Origin: Squalus acanthias
Lineage: Eukaryota
Length of the DNA: 64,000 bases
Assembly (NCBI GenBank): GCA_030390025.1
Contig: CM059438.1
Coordinates: 66,094,001-66,158,000 of the forward strand
Direction: 5' to 3'
The position numbers and the translations under genes were made by a program. Of this stretch, positions 1 through 11,330 are shown in pieces. Under the pieces are notes generated by a model that saw only the letters and a program-made list of their open reading frames with translations, did no database searches and was not told the origin of the DNA. Numbering within the stretch: position 1 is the first letter of the stretch; each line of letters opens with the position of its first letter.

Positions 1-29
1 GGACAGCAACCTGGTTTCCAAACTGAACA

Positions 30-330
30 GTTATTGGAGGTAAATGTGGTGGAACACAGCCTATAGCATGTGCATCAGGGAGCAATGGGAGATGGAAGCA
101 TGCCTTTTATTTGGAAACCGATTGTAATACTGGATACACAACCATCTGTTTTTTGGACAAGACAAATGATATTTGGAGATAGACCAATTGGTTTGGAGCA
201 TGCAGAACTTGGATAAAATCTTGTTCAATTTGGAGGCTTTTGATTATCTGAGAGAATCCGTACACTGTCCAGGATAAGAAAGGAGTCTGTATTGTTGACC
301 TTAACCTACAGCAATGAATAGCACTTTTCA
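30..330 (-). mobile_element. possible heavily decayed DIRS-type reverse transcriptase fragment
   Basis: Minus-strand frameshifted peptides QYRLLSYP, LVQKTDG, YPVL and KACFHLPL occur in the order of the DIRS RT motifs GYxLxF, FLVPKKDG, RPVL and KDAYFHIPI. Confidence 0.25.
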
Positions 331-559
331 TGTTAGCTACTGAAGGACCAGACCATAAGATGTAGACCAGTACCCACACTCAGTGATCTACTGAGAGCTG
401 CTTTTGTCAGCAAGGCTCTTTATCTTGTAGTTTAGCTGATTTGAGGCTTGATGAGAATCCTTCAAAATCTGGAATTCTCAAGTTACGTTTCTCCAGAAAA
501 GGCTTCTCCTGGCACAGCTCTCCCTCCCCCGAGGAAGGCTCCTCAGGGCTGTTGGCTCC

Positions 560-765
560 CTTGGGTGAATTTTGTATGGGCTGTGGGACCCTCAGGTGAG
601 GTTCTTCTGGGCTTTGGGCTCCCTTGAGTGAGATTCATCAGGGCCTTGGCCTTCGTCGAGTGAGGTGCCTTCAGGACCTGACCTCCTTTGGTTGAGACCT
701 TTCTGGCCTTTGGCCCTCCTGCGGTAAAGTTCCTCTGGGCTTTGTCCCCTCACCGGTGAGATTTT
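560..765. repeat. degenerate ~33-bp minisatellite, 5-6 units
   Basis: Successive units: gtgaggttcttctgggctttgggctcccttga / gtgagattcatcagggccttggccttcgtcga / gtgaggtgccttcaggacctgacctcctttg / gttgagacctttctggcctttggccctcctgcg / gtaaagttcctctgggctttgtcccctcaccg. Confidence 0.6.
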
Positions 766-1074
766 AGAGCACAAACTTAGAGTAGCAACAAATAGTTTGA
801 AAGATAAAACTATTGACAAAATGTAAAAACTGAATGATTTCCAACGCATGCTTTTTAGCTGTGACTGCTTCTGTTTTTGCAACCGTCACCTAGTTGCTTA
901 CCCATCTCATGGCCATTGGACTAGCCTGTCAGGAGTTTCTCCTCTGTTAAGACTATTGTGCCACCTTTCCAGCCATTGTCCATCCGTTCATCACATTTAA
1001 TCCTACTGCTTGTATCTCTTGCAGCCTGACTGCCCAACTGCTGAAATCACTGTCTGCATGTCCAAAGAAAATCT

Positions 1075-1514
1075 TGCAAAGACTTATATTTATATAGTGC
1101 CTTTCATGAACACCAGAAACTACCAAAATACACTTTATAGCCAATTAATACTTTATTGAAGAGCAGTCACAGCTGTAACATAGGAAACGTGGCTGCCAAT
1201 TTGCCACAAACAGCAGTGCGGTAACGATCAGAGAATCTGTTTTAGTGGTGTTGGTTGAGGGATAAATATTGGCCAGGACACCGGGAGAACTCCCCTGCGC
1301 TTTTTAAAAATATTACCATGGGATCTTTTACGTCCATCTGAGAGGGCCTTGGTTAAACATCTTATCCGAAAGACGGTACCTCCGACAGTGCAGCACTCCC
1401 TCGGTACTGCACTGGAGTGTCAGCCTAGATTGTGTGCTCAGGTCTCTGGAGTGGAGCTTGTAACCACAACCTTCTGACTCAGCGGTGAGCGTGCTACAAC
1501 TGAGCCACGACTGA
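1075..1514 (-). mobile_element. SacSINE1/DeuSINE-like tRNA-derived SINE, near full length
   Basis: Minus strand begins gtcagtcgtggctcagttgtagcacgctc (A box), carries the Deu-like core gcactgtcggaggtaccgtctttcggat, and has an L2-like tail. Many copies in the window. Confidence 0.8.
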
Positions 1515-2243
1515 CACTGTGTCCAGTTTGCTTCCATTTTGTCTGCAATGCTAGTCCACACCTGTGCAGCTCACTTCTCCAGTCTGTTGTCAGCTACTCC
1601 CTTTAGCCATTTGACCAATCTGCAACTCAGCTGCTGCCTGGGTGTTCACCTTGTTAATCATCAGTCTCCCCCAACTTACACTTCTCCCACTGCTAACCTT
1701 TTCTGTCCATATACTTCAACATCCATCTGTTGCGCTTAAAGATTTAATTATAGGGATGAGATGTAAGAATCTCATTATTTCTGTTATTTCCACTCTAATA
1801 ACAGCAACTTGCATTTATGTAACACATGAAATATAGAAAAAAAACATCCACTCTATCATTCTGCAGTTTGCATTTGATGCAAGAACGAGCAGCATCATTT
1901 ATGTGCGCACTGAATAGTGCTGCATGTGGATTATTACACATATTATCAAAGCAATCCTGTACTAAATAAACACTTCAAACAAGTAAAGCGTTTGTGTACT
2001 ATATTCAATGAGGAGCCCCATTACTTTTAATTGTATATGCATTACCGCTGGTTTTGTTGTTTTGTGTTACACAAATATTAACAGTTATATACGGTATACT
2101 TAAATATTACATTCCTTCCATGTCATTGATATTAATTGAAGTCCACATTACAGCTCCCTCATATCCTGGGAATAAAATCCTCGCTGAGCTTTTTAATCCT
2201 ATCCTCAAAATGATTTTAGTCACAGTCAATGGGGAGACGGGAA

Positions 2244-2359
2244 GGGAGAGAGAGTGTGTATGTATACATATCCAAGTACATGTATGTGTGTATGTATATA
2301 ACTAGATATATATACATATTTTATGTACAAGTAATATACACGCATGTAAATGCACATAT

Positions 2360-2391
<32 letters not shown>

Positions 2392-2405
2392 GAGAGAGCG
2401 AGAGA
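2244..2405. repeat. (TA/TG/GA)n microsatellite
   Basis: Visible dinucleotide runs. Confidence 0.9.
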
Positions 2406-2965
2406 ATCCACATATTGGCTTTCTGGCCCTTCTACATAACAGTGATCCTTCAGGGGCCACTTGAACTACTGTCTCAAAACAATACATCAGGACTGTGATG
2501 AACAGCCAGCAGATACAAGTTATATTGCTGATTTTGTGCTCCAATGTTGCTGGGCAGAGTGTGAAAAATGTATGTTTCATGTTCGTAGTGAGTCAACGGG
2601 AGTGTAAGATCAAATGGACCACCTGGGGATCTGTTCAACTTGAGGTAGAACTGTACTGTCGTTCTACCACAGTGGATGCAAACTCTGAACAGTGTGACAC
2701 TGCCTCCTGGAGGTGGTCTCGCACCTCTTTGCAACATCAACCTGTTAGGCTACTGATTTTTGCGATGATATCTGTTTGAAACTGCTGCATACCGGTACAA
2801 AAAAACAGAAACGACTTAAAAGCTCAAAAGAACCAGACTCCCAACATGCACAGATAACACGTTTGAACAGAACTTCACTTCAGCCTGCATTTGAGGTGTT
2901 ACACAGCAGATTACAGTAACTGTGATGCTGGTAAAATAACTAAAAGAACTTGGTGGTGGGGGCGG

Positions 2966-3118
2966 GGGGGATAAATTTAGCCGAACCCGCCCAATGGGAA
3001 CGAGGATGTTTTGGGTCGGATGCCCTTTTTACAAACCGCCCCGTTTAATGGAGTGTAAAATTAGTGCGATCCAAACCCACCCTATTCCTGCCAGGTGGGT
3101 GAGGTTAAAATTACCCCC
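2966..3118. mobile_element. short MITE (GGGGxxAATTT-type TIR)
   Basis: Ends ggggataaattt and aaaattacccc, with partial internal palindromy. Confidence 0.5.
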
Positions 3119-3621
3119 TTTCATTTGAATAATGTTAGCTACAGGACGAAGAAAGCAATAAGAATTTGAGTGAAAGCTTCAATATCCTTTTGCAATAATC
3201 TAACAGTCAATGTATAGGTCACTTTCATAAACCTCAAATGAACCAAGCATTGCACTGGGGCTGATTGAGAAGCAAAGATAGCGTATCAGTGATTAATGGC
3301 AATAAAATGTAATTGCCCTTAAAAAGTGACTGGGATGAAGTAATTACAACAGGTCAAATGGGGACAATGCAATTTTTCATATTGATTTCAGCAAGTACCT
3401 CGAAAGCAATATACAAATAAAAAGATTACTGCATCCTGAAGATTAACATTGCTCGGAAAGAAGAGCTTTAACGCACATTGACATTGGGATGTAATGGGAT
3501 GAATGGCCAATTTTGGGTACACCCTGTGTTCCCCATTTGTATCAAAGCAGAATGAACCTGATCAAATGAAGACATGTGATGTGATATTTTGTAGAATTTT
3601 CATGAATAGTTTTAAACTAAT

Positions 3622-4336
3622 GGGCCGTATTTTCCGATCGGAGGCTTCCTGCGTGCGGAGGCCTCCGATCTGGAAAAAATCTACGGACTTAGCTGAGGGC
3701 TCCCGAGGTGCGTATACTTCCGATCCTGGGCCTCTCCAACTCAAAATGTGCAGGGCCCACGTATCCCAGAGGCGCAGGTAGTTTGCAAGCGTCCCTGGGA
3801 TCACGTGGGCCATGGGGAGCCAATCAAAGAAGGGAATCTCCCTTCATACACTTGACAGCTAGACCTGTCAAATATATGAATGGAGATCACCCCAAAAACA
3901 CTGTAAAACATTAAATACATTTTGTTTTTAAATCACCTTTTTAAAATGAGTTGAAATAAATTAAATATTTTAAACAAAAATTTAATTTTTTGAAAAAAAT
4001 AATTGAAGTTTTTTACGGGGCTAAAAATAAACTTACCTTTTTTTTAAAGTATTTTTAAATGATAAATGAGTGAAAAAAAACTTTTTTTTACTTTTTTTCA
4101 AATCTTATGCTGGTTAAAGCAGGCCTTATGCCAGCTTTTACCAGGCGCAAGATTTCTAAGGGTTTTATACGGGCGGAGGTTCTCCAGAAAGCGGAACTCT
4201 CCACCCACAGCGGCCCTTCTCCAGGCCAGGCATCCGATCTGTCAAGAGCTTGGCATGCCTGAAACCGGCATTTCCGATGTCCCTACGGGTGTGTACACTG
4301 CGCGTACACACCCGTAGGGCTCGGAATATACGGCCC
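3622..4336. mobile_element. non-autonomous DNA transposon (PIF/Harbinger-like MITE), copy A
   Basis: TIR gggccgtattttccga / tcggaatatacggccc, subterminal hairpins, and a second copy at 8986-9713. Confidence 0.8.
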
Positions 4337-4359
4337 ATTATTTTTTTTATTCATCCTGA

Positions 4360-4780
4360 AAGCATAATGAGTTAACACACTGTCCTTTCACCATTGGGGC
4401 ACGGGTTTAAATACAGTGCATGTCACTGGAATGAAAGTGTCCACTCTGCTGGCAGTGAGAGTCCAAAGTGAATTGAAGTCTCGTTCCAGTTCTTTGCAGC
4501 CTCAAATCTACAGCATAAAATGAATCCAACGATTTGACAGTGAATTGGTAATCTCACTCTGAGACATCACTGAAAGGACTGCTAATGGCAATGTGCAGTT
4601 GGGGAATGTTATGTGAAGTTCAGCATCAGCCTTTATTGAAGCATTGTGGCATCTGTGTTTAATTTCTCAATTACCTATTCTGTGTATGTTTAATGATACC
4701 TAGTCTCTGCATTGTCTTCTGTAATATAATAGCCCAGCTCTGAGCCTATGTATTGGAGAGAAATCTCTCCTCCTGATTGG
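4360..4780 (+). mobile_element. old LF-SINE-like tRNA-derived SINE (related pieces near 12820-13150, 33195-33400, 47080-47245)
   Basis: Degenerate shared blocks cctttcacc..ggtttaaat.cag, tgagtt..tctcagtccagttc and aattggca recur in several copies. They resemble the LF-SINE consensus as I recall it. Confidence 0.4.
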
Positions 4781-4897
4781 GGAGTGCTGAATTCCATGTA
4801 CCATTAAGGGACTTTATCCACACAATTGCTGCACAGTTTTACATCATTAAATATGACAAAAGAATCTTAATCATTTGTGCTCTGCTCCCCTACCCCA

Positions 4898-4901
4898 GAC
4901 A

Positions 4902-4934
<33 letters not shown>

Positions 4935-5002
4935 TCTCTCTTACACACACACACTCTCTCACACACACACTCCCACCCCCCCCCCCCCCCACACATACAC
5001 TC
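4898..5002. repeat. (CT)n(CA)n microsatellite with C-run
   Basis: Visible runs. Confidence 0.9.
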
Positions 5003-6810
5003 TTACTCACCCTCATTCACACATGCAGGTGAAATTAATCTACTGTCAATTATGAACAACTTTTTAAAAAAAGGATGGTCTGCAGATAAGGTTGCTGAGT
5101 CCCAGAGGTGAAAGGGCAGCATTCTAATAATTGGAGACAACCATGCCTCCTTTTCCTCAGCCGCATTGTTTAATGCATATATAAAGTTGGCAGTATGACG
5201 ACCATCTGTCATCAATCACATTATTGTGCATCTCTCGTTTACAAATTTGGTTAAAAAAAAAAGCTCTTGGTTTCATGCTCACCCATCACCCCAGTCCTTG
5301 CTGACCTACAGATGGAGTTAAGGTGCAGATCAGCCATGATCTAATTGAATGGCGGAACAGGTTTGAGGGGCTGAATGGCCTACTCCTGTTCCTAAAGGTT
5401 ATTACATAAATTTGTTAACATTGGCTAGAGATTCGAACAATACTTTTTCACAAAACCCTCCCTTCGCTCCAAATGGTGAAAAACTGATGCACGTTCAAAT
5501 ATTGTATTAAAAAGCACGTTCAAATATTGTACTAAAAAGCATATCAAAATCAGGCTTTGCCTTCTTAGTGTGGAATTTTGAGTGCTATTTCAGTCTCACC
5601 CTGATTGGGGAAGCAAACACTATTTTAAATTTTCCCTTTCCCATTTCATTCTTCTGTCTTTTCCTGAAGGCAGTGACTTGTGCTGAGATACAGGCGCGGC
5701 CTATCCCCCAGCACTTCAACCACAGGGCTGTTCATCATGTTTGAGGTTAGACGGTGAGCGTCGGCAGGCTATTTGAAAGTGGGGGCATCACAGCCGATCC
5801 AGATCCCACACTCATCTGACCTCCACTCAGCGCAGGGGGCCACTGACCACTGTGGAAATAGTTGGCTAATCCCTCTCCTGAGCTCATGGGCACTGAAGTT
5901 ATCCTGGAGGAGATCAGTTAGAACAGCACCAGGAATTAAACATGTCACCTTCCTGGTTACTACAGCATAGTATCAGGCCAATTACCTGCTGATCTGACAG
6001 GAACTTCTAAAGTTTTGATTTCCCCCCCCCCCCCCCCCCCCCCCCAAAGCATTTTTCTATTTTTCCATCTTTATATCAGCTAAGACTTCCTTCCTTCCAG
6101 CTCTATGATTCAGTCATGCGGTAGCTTGTATTTTGGACTGAGACAGCACTGTGAATGTACTCAGTGGCAGAAGGAGACAGTGTCTGGTTCAGTTGTCATG
6201 GTAATGGGAGTGCTATTTTGGTGTGAAGTATTGATCATAGCGCTTATGGAATCATAGAATCTAACAGCACAGAAGGAGACCATTCAGCCTGTCTTGCCTG
6301 TGCCAGCTCTTTGAAAGAGCTGTCCAATTTAGTCAGTCACACACGCCAGCTTTTTCCCAATAACCCTGCAAATTAGTCCTCTTCAAGTACATGTCCAATC
6401 GCCTTTTGGAAAGTTCCTCTGGAATCTGATTCCACCACACTTTCAGGTAGTGTATTCCAGATCTTAACAACTCTCTGTGTGAAAAAATTTCTCCTAATTT
6501 CCCCTCTAGTTCTTTTGCCAATTATTTTAAATCTATGACCTTTAGTTACCGACCCACTTGCCAGAGGAAACAGTATCTCCCTACTTGTTCTATCAAAACT
6601 TCTCATAATTTTGAATACTTCTATTGGGTCTCCCCTGAACCTTCTCTGATTTAAGGAGAACAATCCCAGCTTCTCCAATCTCTCCACATAACTGAAGTCC
6701 CTCATCCCTGGTATCATCCTGGTAAACCTCCTCTGTACTCTCTCCAAGACTTTGACATCCTTCCTAAAGTGTAAAGGTTTAGCATGACTTCCTCGTTTTA
6801 CTATTTAATG

Positions 6811-7200
6811 TGGTACTGTAGCATAGTGGTTATGTTACTGGACTTGTAATCCAGAGGCCCTGGGCTAATGATCCGAGAGACATGAGTTCAAATCCCACCA
6901 TGGCAGCTGGGGAATTTAAATTCAGTTAATTAAATAAATTTGGAATAAAAAGCTAGTATTATTGGTGACCGTGAAACTATTAGATTGTCGTAAAAACCCA
7001 TCTGGTTCACTAATGTCCTTTAGGGAAGGAAATCTACCATCCTTACCTGGTATGGCCTATATGTGACTCCAGACCCACAGCAATGTGGTTGACTCTTAAC
7101 TGCCCTCTGTGTTTCAAGAAGGTGGCTCACCATTACCTTCTCAAAGGCAATTAGGGATGGGCAATAAATGCCACGTCCCATGAATGAATATAAAAAAAAT
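6811..7200 (+). mobile_element. tRNA-derived SINE nested in CR1
   Basis: A box tagcatagtgg, B box gagttcaaatcc, A-rich end, imperfect TSD atttaatg/attcaatg. Its 3' tail is shared with the LINE ends at 11120-11330 and 38635-39140. Confidence 0.8.
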
Positions 7201-7647
7201 TCAATGCCCCTATTTACAAAGCCAGTTATCCCATACACTTTCTTAACTGCCTTATCAACTTCCCACTTTTAAAGATTTGTGAATATGTACCCCCAACTCC
7301 CTCTGCTCTTGCACCCCCTTCAAAATAGCACCATTTAGATTATACTTCCTCTCCATTTTGTTTCTCCCAAAATGTATCACTTCACACTTGTCCACATTAA
7401 ATTGCATCTGCCGTGTGTCTGCCCATTTCACCAGTCTGTTTATGTCCTCCTGAAGTCTGCTACTATCCTGCTGACCTATTTACTACATTGGCAAGTTTTG
7501 CATCATCCATTAATTTCTAAATTGTACTCCCTGTATCCAAGTCCAGGTCATTTATATATAACAAGAAAAGCAATGGGGGACCCCACTACACACTTCTCTC
7601 CAGTCAGAAAACATCCGTTCATCACTACTCTCTGCCTCCTATCCCTT

Positions 7648-7870
7648 GATGTGGAGATGCCGGTGTTGGACTGGGGTGGACAAATGTGAGAAGTCACACA
7701 ACACCAGGTTATAGTCCAACAGCTTTATTTGAAATCACAAGCTTTCGGAGCGCTGCTCCTTCGTCAGGTGAAGTGAAGAGATGCATATAGTCACAGCATA
7801 TATAGTCAGAGAACACTGCCAGATGATTACAGTTAATCTTTCCAACTGCCCTTTATCACACCTCCGCAGA
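7648..7870 (-). mobile_element. Penelope-like element terminal (pLTR-like) fragment carrying a hammerhead ribozyme
   Basis: The ~125-nt block gatgtggagatgccggtgttggactgggg...ccttcgtcaggtgaag recurs at 33597-34025 and contains a hammerhead motif. Confidence 0.65.
7735..7771 (-). ncRNA. minimal type-I hammerhead ribozyme
   Basis: Minus strand reads ucac CUGACGA A GGAGC agc GCUCC GAA AGCU U guga: CUGANGA core, 5-bp stem II, GAAA, palindromic mini stem III, UH site, stem I ucac/guga. Confidence 0.8.
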
Positions 7871-8985
7871 TTATCTCTCTGCCGTAAAGTTCATATTTAC
7901 AACATCTACTGCACTACCCTAATTAATCTTCCCTGTTACTTCATCAAAGAACTCAATCAGGTGAGTCGGACATGATTTGCCTTTAACAAATCTGTGCTGG
8001 CTGTCCCATGTTATTATCCCATGCTTCTCCAAGTGAGAATTAATTTTGTCCTTGACAGTGGTCTCTAGTAGTTTCCCCACCACTGACGTTAGACTGATTG
8101 GCCTGTAGTTATCAGGTTTATGCCTCTCCACTTTTTTGAACAGGGGTGTAACATTTGCAATGCTCCAGTCCTCTGGCACTGCTCCCATATCCAAGGAGGA
8201 TTGAAAGATTGTGGTCAGAGCTTCTTTTATCTCCACCCTAGCTTCTCTCAGCTACCTAGGATGCATCCCATCTGGACCGGGTGACTTGTTAACTTTGAGT
8301 GATAACAACCTATTTAGCACCTCCTTTCTATCTATTTTTATCTTATTTGATATCTCTACACACACCCCCCTCCTCTACTGCAACATTAACTTCATCTTCC
8401 TTTGTGAAGACAGATGCAAAGTGCTCATTCATTACCTCAGTCATGCACTCTGCCTTCATCAGAAGGTTTCCTTTTTTGACTCTAATGGGCCCCACTATTC
8501 CTTTAACTATCCTTTTACTTTTTATATGTTTATAAAAGATTCTTAGGTTCCCTTTTATGTTACCCACTAATCTTTTCTCATACTCTATCAATGCCCTTTT
8601 ATCCTTTTTCAATTATCCTCTTCACTCCCTGTATTCTGGCTGGTTTTCTACTTTATTTTGCACCTGACTTTCTGTTTTATTTTAACCTCTATTTCTTTTG
8701 TCATCCAGGGAGCTCTAGCTTTGGATGCCCCACCTTTCCTGCTTATGGGAATATACTTGGTTTATACCCGAACTGTCTCCGCCTTGAAGGCCTGCCATTG
8801 CTCATTCACTGTTTTCCTGGCTAATCCTTGTTTCCAGTCCACCTGTGCTAGCTCCCTCCTCAAATTGATTTGTCTTTGTCCCTTTATAACCACTTTAAAC
8901 CTAATTATATTATGATCACTATTACCCAGATAGTGGATAATAAACTTTCCCAATGCAGTCTCTTCTGTATATCATAATAAATAAA

Positions 8986-9713
8986 GGCCCGTAATTTCCG
9001 ATAGGAGGCTTCCTGCGTGCGGATACCTCCTATCAGGAAAAAATCTACGCCCTTACCTGAGGGCTCCCGAGGTCCGGGCCTCTCCACAGTCGAAATGCGC
9101 AGGGCCCACGTATCCCAGGGGCGCAGGTGGTTCGCAAGCGTCCCTGGGATCACGTGGGCCAGGCGAGCCAATGAAAGAAGGGAATCCCCTTCATACTTTT
9201 GACAGATTGACCTGTCAAAAGTATGAATAGGGATCACTGAAAAAAGACACTAAAACATTAAATAAATTTTAAAAATATATACTTTTTTAAAATGAGTTAA
9301 AATTACATTTAACTGAATATTTTAAATAAAAATTTTATTTTTTGAAAAAAATAATTAAAGCTTTTTACGGGGCTAAAAATAAACTTACCTTTTTTAAAAG
9401 TATTTTAAAATTATAAATGAGTGAAACATTTTTTAAAACTTTTTTTAAACTCTTATGCTGGTAAAAGCAGGCCTTACCAGGCGTAAGATTTTTTAGTGAT
9501 TTCAGCGGGCGGAGGTTCTGCAGAAAGCGGAACTCTGCACCTGCAGAGGCCCTTCTCCAGGGCAGGCGCCCAATCTGTCAAGAGGATTCTTGACAGATCG
9601 GAAATGCCGGTTTTCAGCGCATGCACTTGGCATGCCTGAAACCGGCATTTCCAATGTCCCTATGGGTGTGTACACACCTCGTTCACACCCATAGGCATCG
9701 GAAAATACGGCCC
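8986..9713. mobile_element. PIF/Harbinger-like MITE, copy B
   Basis: TIR ggcccgtaatttccga / tcggaaaatacggccc. Colinear with 3622-4336. Confidence 0.8.
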
Positions 9714-10164
9714 AATGTTCTCTTATGTATATCCTTATATCTACCTGTATGGTATAGTTTGTGCAGTATACATTCCTGTGTTCTGTGACTGTAAAGTGAG
9801 TCATAAGATAATAGATAGCTTTAGTTATTGCGGCTTAATTATCTGTTCTGCCCTTTCCCTTCATTTATTCCACCTTTTCTACATTCAACATGCTTACCTC
9901 ATAGCAATTAAAATAAATTACAAATCTGCCAGAAAAAAACACTTCCAAATCTCCCCTAATAAAAGACTTTTTATCAGCTGACTAAAGGATCCTATGGCCA
10001 TCTTCACATTAAGTTCCCAGTGGACACAGGCCCACAGTACAAAACAGCTAACTGCTAACTTCTTGTCAAGCACCCAACCCCTGCCAAGGTTGTCTTTGAG
10101 GGTGAGTCTCAGGAGCGCTGTATTAGAGCAATGGGAGCTGTGGGTGTAACTGTGATTCCACAAT

Positions 10165-10310
10165 GGGGTAGATTTTGATTTTGTGCAATAGTGTAAAACA
10201 GGTGCTAGTGAATCAGAAGTCAGTGGAAATAAAAATCATGACTGATGTAAAACGGGCTGCCGATTCGCTATCGCCTGTTTTACACTATCGTACAAAGACA
10301 AAATGTACCC
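10165..10310. mobile_element. short palindromic MITE
   Basis: ggggtagattttgattttgtgcaatagtgtaaaacagg pairs with cctgttttacactatcgtacaaagacaaaatgtaccc. Confidence 0.7.
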
Positions 10311-10766
10311 AGTGAGTCCCCAATTTCGTAATTCTTATATAGGTCCAACTTTGATGTAAAATGCTCCTATTTCAATATGGTCCCAACACTCGCTGTATGG
10401 AAGCTGGAAAAGAAAAGGGAAAGTAACTGCACATGCTCCTTGCTCCATTCACATCCCACAGCCAGGCAGGCCATCAAAATGGGTTGAAGACCACAGATGT
10501 AGAAGAGGTGGACCGTAAATGACCATGGGCTATATTACAAATATCATTGTGGGGAAGAGAGGGTGTGTGAGTTGGAACCTGAAAGATTGGATAGAGCAGT
10601 CTTCAATATGAGGGGTTGGGGGAGTATGAGGCATAATTTAGATCTTACCCAAATGTTTGCTTCAAGTACACTATCCAGACCTTCCACGTCTTCAGTTTTG
10701 ATCATTCCGCCCTTACACACATTATTTACATGGATTTTTTTGACTATTCTGATTTTATCATTGCAG

Positions 10767-10957
10767 AGAATTTGCACGTTGGAAGGTGAGAAATACTGCA
10801 GTCGAAAGGAGGGACTTAATCCGGAACCCTATCCCACTAATGCCGGAATTCCAGAGAAGCATTCGCTTGCTTGGAAGGAGGCCCTCAACCCAGCAGGTGA
10901 TTGACACCATCATCCGAAAATACGGAACGCATGTCCTGTCATCTGCAATACTTGGAG
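10767..10957 (+). CDS. BRINP1: BRINP1 internal coding exon (191 nt, probably exon 3), MACPF domain
   Basis: Acceptor ttgcag| and donor G|gtaagc. Encodes (R)[63 protein letters not shown](G), including the MACPF YGTH-x7-GG motif. KVRNTA..ERRDL and [12 protein letters not shown] match BRINP1 rather than BRINP2/3. Confidence 0.95.
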
Positions 10958-11119
10958 GTAAGCTTCCACAGTTATCTACAGCTCCAGGCGAATGCTGTTT
11001 AGTGATGGAGCACACTGTCACTTTGGAGACCGTGTTAGATTGAGGGTGCTGCACTTATACACTGAATGGGGCTAAGCGTGGAACCTATAAGCTTGAACTC
11101 GTGGGTCGGGTCTGTGAAT

Positions 11120-11330
11120 TGCAACCGTCCAAGTCACGCACCATCGTTCCTTCATCGTCGCTGGGTCAAAATCCTGGAACTTCCTGCCTAACAACACTAT
11201 GACAGTACCTTCGCCTCACGGACTGCAGCGGTTGAAGAAGGCGGCCCACCACCACCTTCTCATTAGGGATGGGCAATAAATGCTGGCTTTGCTAGCGACA
11301 CCCATATCCCAAGAATTAATTTTTAAAAAA
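11120..11330 (+). mobile_element. LINE 3' end fragment (same family as 38635-39140)
   Basis: ttcatcgtcgctgggtcaaaatcctggaac...ggactgcagcgg...ggatgggcaataaatgctgg is shared with 38950-39120. Confidence 0.8.

Larger units (their letters stand above)
6249..8955 (-). mobile_element. CR1 LINE, 5'-truncated and decayed, interrupted by a SINE (6811-7200) and a Penelope-type repeat (7648-~7870)
   Basis: ORF2 fragments [13 protein letters not shown]...WNTLP and VPEDWSIANVTPLFKK..NYRPISLTSVVGKLLE. 3' tail of (ATTCTATG)n type. Confidence 0.95.

Noticed and set aside
10563..11054. ORF-track starts and ends around the first exon
   Set aside because: Only 10767-10957 matches BRINP1. The extensions run through splice sites, or are other frames or antisense.
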